Assembly (NCBI GenBank): GCA_019347945.1
Contig: JAHWKK010000003.1
Coordinates: forward strand, 31,059 to 95,058
Length of the DNA stretch: 64,000 nt
Reading direction: 5' to 3'
Source: Acidobacteriota bacterium
Lineage (GTDB): Bacteria > Acidobacteriota > Thermoanaerobaculia > Gp7-AA8 > JAHWKK01
Position 1 is the stretch's first letter. Every line of letters starts with the position of its first letter. Under the pieces are notes generated by a model, which did no database searches, was not told the origin of the DNA, and worked only from the letters and a program-made list of their open reading frames with translations. A program made the position numbers and the translations under genes. Of the stretch, positions 57,805-64,000 are shown piece by piece.

Positions 57805-60800
57805 ATGTGCATGGAGATGAACCGATTCTCTCCGGAGACCGCTGTTCTGCGCCTCGGTGATGATGGCCACATCCTCACCGCGACAGCGGCCGCGGCAGAC
57901 CTTTTCGGCGCTCGATCTCTCGAGAGGATTCCTTTCAATGAGATTCTGAAGCGTTCGTTCGGGCGGGGGGAGTGGAAGCGCGGCGATGGCGGCTCTTTCG
58001 AAGCGGAGACGTTCGGTATCAGGAGAGACGGACGGCCACTGGAGCTTCGCGTGGTGCTGCCCGATCCTGACGACGACCCGATCACCCGGCGCAAGCGCGA
58101 CAGCCTGCTCAGCATCACCGCGGACGTATTCCGCGCCGGGAGTGACGATCTGGATGAGGCGATCGTCGATGCGCTCGGCCGGATGGGACGGCTGATCCGG
58201 GTCGATCGCGCATACGTCTTCCTGATGTCGGATCAACAGACCGCCACGAACACTCACGAGTGGTCACGAGCAGGAACCGACCCGCAGATCGATCGCCTCG
58301 GGGAGGTGTCTCGAACCGTTTTCCGCTGGTTCGAGGAGCAGCTCCGCCAGGACTCCTGCCTCGTCATCCATACCGTGGATGAGATGCCTTCCTCCGCCTC
58401 CGATGCGAAAGCTCATCTCGAGGATCAGGGAATCCGCTCCCTTCTGCTGGTCGGAATGTTCGAGAGAGACGAGCTCCTGGGATTCGTTGGGTTCGACGCC
58501 GTTTCACGAAAGCGGAAATGGTCGTCCCGGACGATCGAGCGCCTTCGGTGGATCGCCGAGCTGTTCATTCAGTCCCTGTTACGGGCGAAGTCGCAGCGGG
58601 AGCTCGAGCAAACGAAGGAGCTCTTCGACCGCGTCAGGATGGCGACCAACGACATCATCTACGACTGGAACCTCGAGGAGGGTTCAGTCATCCAGGGTGA
58701 GGGTCTGGAGCGCATTCTGGGCTATGCGCCGTCGAGAGAGACGGCCGATCCGGACTGGTGGATGGGACTGATTCACCCCGACGATCGTGAGAGGATCATC
58801 CGCGAGACCGACGCAGCGTTCGCTGATCCGGCAGCGAGTGTCTGGTCGGGAGAATATCGGGTTCGCCGTGCCGACGGAGGCTGGACGTACATGCTCGATC
58901 GCGCCTGTATCATCCGGGACGAGACCGGAAAGGCTCTTCGCTCGATCGGTACCGCCTCGGATATGACCGACAGAGCCCGGGCGGAAGAACGCCTCAGAAA
59001 GCAGGAGGAGCTTTTCCAGTACGTCCGTCTTGCGACGAACGACATCATCTGGGATCTCGATCTGGTCAGCAGAACAGTCTGGCGCAGCGAGGCGCTCGAA
59101 GCGGTTCTCGGATTTCCTCCCGGCACCGACCAGGGGTTGGAGTGGTGGTTGGAACGAATCCATCCCGAAGACGTCGGTGAACATCGCGCCATGCTGTCCG
59201 AAATGTTCAACGAGCCCGGCTCCACGTTTCTCGAGCACACGTATCGGATCCGGCACCGCGACGAACACTGGGTCTACATTCTCGATCGCGGGTACGTCAT
59301 CCGGAACGAGGAGGGTCGTGCCATTCGGATGATCGGAACGTCGACCGACCTGACCGAACGGATGCGAGCCACCCGCGATCTCGAGACGTCCGAAGCACGC
59401 TTCCGCGCAGTCGTCGAGAACGTTTCCGACGTCATCGCCATCGTCAGTCTGGGTGGTGTGATCATTTATCAGAGTCCCTCATCCGCCAGAGTCTTCGGTT
59501 ACGCTTCGGCAGAACTGGTCGGGCAGAATATGTTCTCGAATGTTCACCCTGACGACCGGGAGCGCGTGGAATCGATCTTCGTCGGGGCAGTCACGAGCCG
59601 GCTTCCCGAAGCTCGAGCGACGTTCCGTTACCGTCATGCCGCGGGGCACTGGCTTCGGGTGGAAACCGTCGGATCGAACTTCATCAACCGTGAGCAGATG
59701 GGCGGTGTCGTTCTGGTCTCGCGCGACATTTCGCAGCGGCGCCAGATCGAGCAGCAGCTCGAGCGTTCGGCCCGGCTCGCCAGCCTCGGTCATCTCGCAT
59801 CGTCGGTCGCACACGAGTTCAACAATGTCCTGATGGGCGCACAACCGTTCATCGAGGTGATTCGGCGAACGAGCGATCCCGCCAGAATCGGTGCTGCTGC
59901 CGATCGGATCGAGGAAGCAATCGACCGGGGGAAGGATGTTTCCCGGGGCCTCCTCCAGTTCGCTCGTCCGATGGCCGTCTCGATCGACACGTTCGATCTT
60001 CGCTCATGGCTGCAGTCGCTCGAAGACGAGATCCAGCGGATCGTTCCCGAGAGGATGCGTGTCGTGGTCACCGTCCCGAACCAACCACTTCCGACGATCG
60101 GAGATCCTGCCGGTCTTCACCAGGCTCTGCTGAATCTCGTTCTGCACGCGGGCGAAGTACTGGAGAACCGCCCGGATGGAACGATCGAGATTGCTGCCAG
60201 GAAGGCTGATGCTCGTGATCGGGCCGAGAACCTGATCTCGGGCGACCCCGAGGACTTCGTGGCTCTCAGCGTTGGGGACAACGGGCCCGAGATCGACGCT
60301 TCGGTTCTCGAGCACATCTTCGAGCCGATGTTCAAAGCGCATCACGCTTCTCCCGGAGGACTGGATCTGACCGTTGTGCACCAGCTCATCATGGCGCAGG
60401 GGGGACAGGTGCGAGCCGTCAGCACGAAGGACGGGACGACATTTCACGTGTTTCTCCGATCGCGACGGGACGTGACAGCCACGGAGCGCGCCGCTCCCCG
60501 AATCGATTCCTCTGAAACGACGCTCTCTGTGATCCTTCTGGTCGAGGACAACGCGATCGTCGCATCGGGAATCGCGGCGGTCCTCGAGCTCGATGAGCAG
60601 AAGGTGGAGGTTGCACACAGCGGTGCCGCCGCAGTCGAGCGACTCTTACGCGACCGGCCCTCGGTCGTCATCCTCGATATCGGTCTGCCCGACATGAGCG
60701 GAGTCGAGGTCTATGAGCAGATCGAGAAACTCTACCCCGACCTGCCGGTAGTGTTCTCGAGCGGTCACGGAGACCAGCAGGAACTGAAGCGATATCTCGA

Positions 60801-60897
60801 TCGGCCGAACGTCGAATTCCTCCTCAAGCCGTACGATGCCGAGACGCTGATGACGATCGTCGAACGTCTGCGGAGTGGAAACAGGAACGAGGGTTGA
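57805..60897 (+). CDS. Multi-PAS/GAF hybrid sensor histidine kinase with C-terminal REC; ATP-binding motifs are degenerate
   Basis: At least four PAS/PAC modules and a GAF-like region. H-box VAHEFNNVLMGAQPF. In HATPase_c the N-box Asn is replaced (LLNLVLHAGEV), G1 reads DNGPEI and G2 reads GGLDLTVV. REC at the C-terminus (LLVEDNAIVA...LDIGLPDMSG). 1030 aa. Confidence 0.8.
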   Translation: MCMEMNRFSPETAVLRLGDDGHILTATAAAADLFGARSLERIPFNEILKRSFGRGEWKRGDGGSFEAETFGIRRDGRPLELRVVLPDPDDDPITRRKRDSLLSITADVFRAGSDDLDEAIVDALGRMGRLIRVDRAYVFLMSDQQTATNTHEWSRAGTDPQIDRLGEVSRTVFRWFEEQLRQDSCLVIHTVDEMPSSASDAKAHLEDQGIRSLLLVGMFERDELLGFVGFDAVSRKRKWSSRTIERLRWIAELFIQSLLRAKSQRELEQTKELFDRVRMATNDIIYDWNLEEGSVIQGEGLERILGYAPSRETADPDWWMGLIHPDDRERIIRETDAAFADPAASVWSGEYRVRRADGGWTYMLDRACIIRDETGKALRSIGTASDMTDRARAEERLRKQEELFQYVRLATNDIIWDLDLVSRTVWRSEALEAVLGFPPGTDQGLEWWLERIHPEDVGEHRAMLSEMFNEPGSTFLEHTYRIRHRDEHWVYILDRGYVIRNEEGRAIRMIGTSTDLTERMRATRDLETSEARFRAVVENVSDVIAIVSLGGVIIYQSPSSARVFGYASAELVGQNMFSNVHPDDRERVESIFVGAVTSRLPEARATFRYRHAAGHWLRVETVGSNFINREQMGGVVLVSRDISQRRQIEQQLERSARLASLGHLASSVAHEFNNVLMGAQPFIEVIRRTSDPARIGAAADRIEEAIDRGKDVSRGLLQFARPMAVSIDTFDLRSWLQSLEDEIQRIVPERMRVVVTVPNQPLPTIGDPAGLHQALLNLVLHAGEVLENRPDGTIEIAARKADARDRAENLISGDPEDFVALSVGDNGPEIDASVLEHIFEPMFKAHHASPGGLDLTVVHQLIMAQGGQVRAVSTKDGTTFHVFLRSRRDVTATERAAPRIDSSETTLSVILLVEDNAIVASGIAAVLELDEQKVEVAHSGAAAVERLLRDRPSVVILDIGLPDMSGVEVYEQIEKLYPDLPVVFSSGHGDQQELKRYLDRPNVEFLLKPYDAETLMTIVERLRSGNRNEG

Positions 60898-61169
60898 TGA
60901 GCAGCGGGAGTTGCATGAACGGAAGGGGCGAGCTGCACCGTTTCGAACTTGCCGAGCCGCACCCTGTCGAACCTGCGTGAATCAGGCCTCATCGCCCTCC
61001 CGGTCAATATTGCTGCGTTTCCAGCGTCGGAGGCGCGACATCAAGTAGCGACCGAGAGTGGGAAAAACAGGGTCAGGGCAGATGAGGAAGAGTTGGCTTA
61101 TCGCTTTGGGAAATAATCAAAAGTTAACTTTCCAGCTCCGACGTTAACTTTAGATCGTATGATTTTCAC

Positions 61170-63479
61170 GTGCTCAAGGCTGGTTCACGGCTCGGCCCGT
61201 ACGAGGTGCTCGCCCCTCTGGGCGCGGGCGGGATGGGAGAGGTATGGCGGGCGCGCGATCAGCGCCTGCATCGCGACGTGGCCATCAAAGTCCTTCCCGA
61301 GGCCATGGTCGAGAACGAGATGGCCCGGGAGCGTTTCGAGCGCGAGGCCCAGGCGGTGGCCGCGCTGTCCCATCCGAACATCCTGGCCATCCACGACTTC
61401 GGCCATGACAGCGGCATTGCGTACGCGGTCATGGAGCTTCTGGAAGGGGCCACCCTGCGCGAACGCATGCAGCAGGCCGAGATCACATCGGCCCGCGCTC
61501 TGGAGTGGGCCCATCAGATTGCCCAGGGTCTGGCCGCCGCGCACGAGCGAGGCATCATTCACCGCGATCTCAAGCCCGACAACATCTTCGTCACTCGCGA
61601 CGCGGTGGTGAAGATTCTCGACTTCGGTCTTGCTCGCATCGACGAACCGGCCGTGCGCGATACCGCGGAGGGCACCACCGTCATCGCGCGCACTTCGCCC
61701 GGCACGATCATGGGCACCTTGGGCTATCTCGCACCCGAGCAGGCGCGCGGCGAGACCTCCGATGCGCGCTCCGACATCTTCTCGTTCGGTGTGGTCTTCT
61801 ACGAGATGCTTGCCGGAAAGCCGGCCTTCGTGCGCAGCTCGAAGATGGACACAATCATGGCCATTCTGCGCGAGGAGCCGAAGCCGCTCGCCGATACGGG
61901 ACGCAGCGTCCCGGGCGAGGTCGAGGATATCGTGCGCCACTGTCTGGAGAAGGCTCCGGAGGACCGGTTCCGCTCGGCGCGCGACCTCGCCTTCGCGCTG
62001 CGGTTGGCCATGCGCTCGAGCTCCGCGAGCGGGTCCGATCTCGTCAGCCGCCACACTCCGCGACCCGACGAAACCTCGCGTCGGGGCGAGGTCTCGATCG
62101 CCGTTCTCCCGTTCCGCAACATCAGCTCGGCCGCCGACGGCGAATACCTCAGCGACGGGATGACAGAGGAGATCATTAACTCCATCTCCAACATCCCGAA
62201 TCTGCACGTTGCTGCGCGAAGCTCCTCGTTCGCATTCAAAGGGAGCTCGGACGACGTGCGGAAAATCGGGCGCGAGCTCGGCGTGGGCATGGTCCTGGAA
62301 GGGAGTCTCCGCCAGCTCGGCTCGCGACTGCGCGTCTCCGCTCAATTGATCAACGTGGAGAGCGGCTTCCAGGTCTGGTCCGAGCGGTGGGACCGCGAGC
62401 TCGCCGATGTCTTCGCTGTGCAGGACGAGATCGCCCAGGCCATCGCCAGCGCGTTCAAGCTCCGCATCGCGCCCGAGGATGCAGGGGCGGGGACGGGAAA
62501 GACGCAGAACGTGGACGCGTACGACCGCTATTTGAAGGGACGGTACCTTCTGGTGCGACGTCGAACGCGCGAAGCCATCGAGGAGCTGCAGGCGGCGGCG
62601 GAAACGGATCCCGATTTCGGCGACGTCCATACCGCGCTCTCGGACGCCTGGGCCATTCACGGTTTTTACAGCGGCGTCTCGACGTGGGAGGCGTGGGCGC
62701 GCGCACAAGCGGCCATCGACGAAGCCGAACGCGTCGCGCCCGACTCAGCGAGCGTCGCCCTTTCCCGGGCCATCCTCGAGCACTACTACGGATGGAACAC
62801 TGCACGAGAACAAGCGTTCTGCCGGCAGGCCATCGAGCGCAATCCGAAGTCGGCCGACGGGTGGAACTGGCTGGGTCTTTGTCTCGGGTTGACCGGACGA
62901 ACGAAAGAGGCGCTCGAGTGCACGGCCCGCGGCATCGAGCTCGAGCCCTACGACGCGAACGTGCGCGCCTCCGCTGCCTGGGCCTCCGCGACGATCGGCG
63001 ACTTCGAGACGGCGGCACGGGTGCTGTCGAGGACACTCGAGATCGCGCCGGACAGCGGCTACGCCCTCTGGAGTTACGCCACAGCGCTGCGCTTCCTCGG
63101 CCGCTATGAGGAGTCCATTGCCGTCTTCGACAAGCTCGTCGAGGCGAGCGGCCGCGAGGTCCCGTTCTATCTGGCTCGCCTCGGTGCAGCGCTGGCAGAC
63201 GCGGGCGAGCGATCGAAAGCCGAGGAGATCCTCCACGACCTGCAGTCCCGTCGCGACCGCAAGGTGTTCGTCGCCTCCCGCGATCTGGCCACACTGCTCA
63301 CCGCGCTGGGCTACCACGAGCTCGCCCTCGACGCGTTGGAGCTCGCGCGGCAGGAGCGCAATGCGCTCATGTGGGCGTGGATCTACCAGGCCGAGTACCG
63401 TCCGCTTCAGAGCCATCCGCGATGGCACACTCTCGCGCAGCAAGTCGGCAGGACCGCGCCCATGACGATCGCGATCTGA
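61170..63479 (+). CDS. Serine/threonine protein kinase with a TolB-N-like domain and C-terminal TPR repeats
   Basis: GTG start. Hanks motifs (GAGGMGEVW, VAIK, HRDLKPDNIF, DFGLA, GTLGYLAPE). Then VSIAVLPFRNISSAADGEYLSDGMTEEIINSIS, which I recognise as a TolB-N-like module, and a TPR array. 769 aa. Confidence 0.85.
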   Translation: MLKAGSRLGPYEVLAPLGAGGMGEVWRARDQRLHRDVAIKVLPEAMVENEMARERFEREAQAVAALSHPNILAIHDFGHDSGIAYAVMELLEGATLRERMQQAEITSARALEWAHQIAQGLAAAHERGIIHRDLKPDNIFVTRDAVVKILDFGLARIDEPAVRDTAEGTTVIARTSPGTIMGTLGYLAPEQARGETSDARSDIFSFGVVFYEMLAGKPAFVRSSKMDTIMAILREEPKPLADTGRSVPGEVEDIVRHCLEKAPEDRFRSARDLAFALRLAMRSSSASGSDLVSRHTPRPDETSRRGEVSIAVLPFRNISSAADGEYLSDGMTEEIINSISNIPNLHVAARSSSFAFKGSSDDVRKIGRELGVGMVLEGSLRQLGSRLRVSAQLINVESGFQVWSERWDRELADVFAVQDEIAQAIASAFKLRIAPEDAGAGTGKTQNVDAYDRYLKGRYLLVRRRTREAIEELQAAAETDPDFGDVHTALSDAWAIHGFYSGVSTWEAWARAQAAIDEAERVAPDSASVALSRAILEHYYGWNTAREQAFCRQAIERNPKSADGWNWLGLCLGLTGRTKEALECTARGIELEPYDANVRASAAWASATIGDFETAARVLSRTLEIAPDSGYALWSYATALRFLGRYEESIAVFDKLVEASGREVPFYLARLGAALADAGERSKAEEILHDLQSRRDRKVFVASRDLATLLTALGYHELALDALELARQERNALMWAWIYQAEYRPLQSHPRWHTLAQQVGRTAPMTIAI

Positions 63480-63684
63480 GGGCGCCTCCTAATGAAACGA
63501 CCACGAAATTGCGAGGACTTCGACCTTTGCAGCGCTTCGCTTGGCCTGATGTCCCACCCTGCAAGGTCCCTCGCTTGCCCGCCCGACCGCCCGCTCGGGA
63601 CGACGTCGGTTTGAGTATGGGGTGCGGAGTTTTGCGGCCTCCGGTTTTCATTCCCTCTTCACCGGCGCAACGCGCCGGTCAATT

Positions 63685-63776
63685 GCTCAGGATGACGAGT
63701 TTGTGAAGCGTCGACCGTGTCCGGCTCGCGGGAACTTAACCGGTTCTCTCGGCTTTTCGATTTGGGCAACAGCCCG
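63685..63776. repeat. Partial (single-arm) copy of the 12561..12830 palindromic element
   Basis: gctcaggatgacgagtttgtgaagcgtcga...ggttctctcggctt..ttgggcaacagcccg aligns with the right arm of the element at 12739..12826, with indels. Confidence 0.6.
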
Positions 63777-63802
63777 CGAAGATCTGGCCCTCAATCACCG
63801 AA

Positions 63803-63885
63803 TGTCAGCTGCCTGCCAGCGGCTTATAGCTCAGCATGAGAGGTTTCACGCCCAGAGACACCAACTCGGAAATCGGTACAGTCTG
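63803..63885 (+). repeat. ~85 bp repeat R, partner of 50694..50780
   Basis: tgtcagctgcctgccagcggcttatagctcagcatgagaggtttcacgcccagagacaccaactcggaaatcggtacagtctg. Diverges from L on both sides. Confidence 0.7.
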
Positions 63886-64000
63886 ATTCGGTCGGAGGTG
63901 ATAGGAGCCGAGCTCCACAGGTTGCAACTTCGACTGGTCCGTCGTGAAGCGTGCTGCCTCTCCCCGCTTCGTCGCCATCCCGTACACCTGCACGCGGGCA

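Overview
This 64 kb window is GC-rich bacterial chromosome, probably from a soil Acidobacteriota-like lineage. The evidence for that is VWFA-related secreted proteins, an IPTL-CTERM sorting signal, three Hanks-type Ser/Thr kinases with TPR/beta-propeller tails, and Reg_prop/Y_Y_Y hybrid histidine kinases. Signal transduction dominates: 8 histidine kinases, 7 receiver proteins, 3 Ser/Thr kinases and an ECF sigma/anti-sigma pair. The remaining coding content is a carbohydrate enzyme (GH15), an SDR fused to a CxxC membrane domain, a ZIP metal transporter, an archaic chaperone-usher pilus operon, a Pga-like exopolysaccharide synthase/porin locus with an inserted CBM9/DUF5916 gene, and an RmlD-like reductase. 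No rRNA, tRNA or CRISPR array was found.

The main candidates for novelty are:
- an operon at 7.15-9.9 kb: DUF1440-like membrane protein with a tandem NPC cysteine-repeat loop, translationally coupled to a secreted FGE-family enzyme and a DUF3179-like lipoprotein split by one in-frame TGA
- a MerR-family regulator (22992..23390) followed by two tandem ~47-52 aa metallothionein-like genes absent from the ORF track (both below 60 aa)
- direct repeats flanking three inserted segments: a Ser/Thr kinase, the DUF5916 gene, and a 13 kb two-component island
- a nested-palindrome MITE-like element with a second partial copy
- in-frame stop codons inside otherwise contiguous domains in two places (TGA at 9178, TAG at 56550)
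- a pilus usher fused to four SPOR domains, with tandemly duplicated pilin genes each carrying its own terminator
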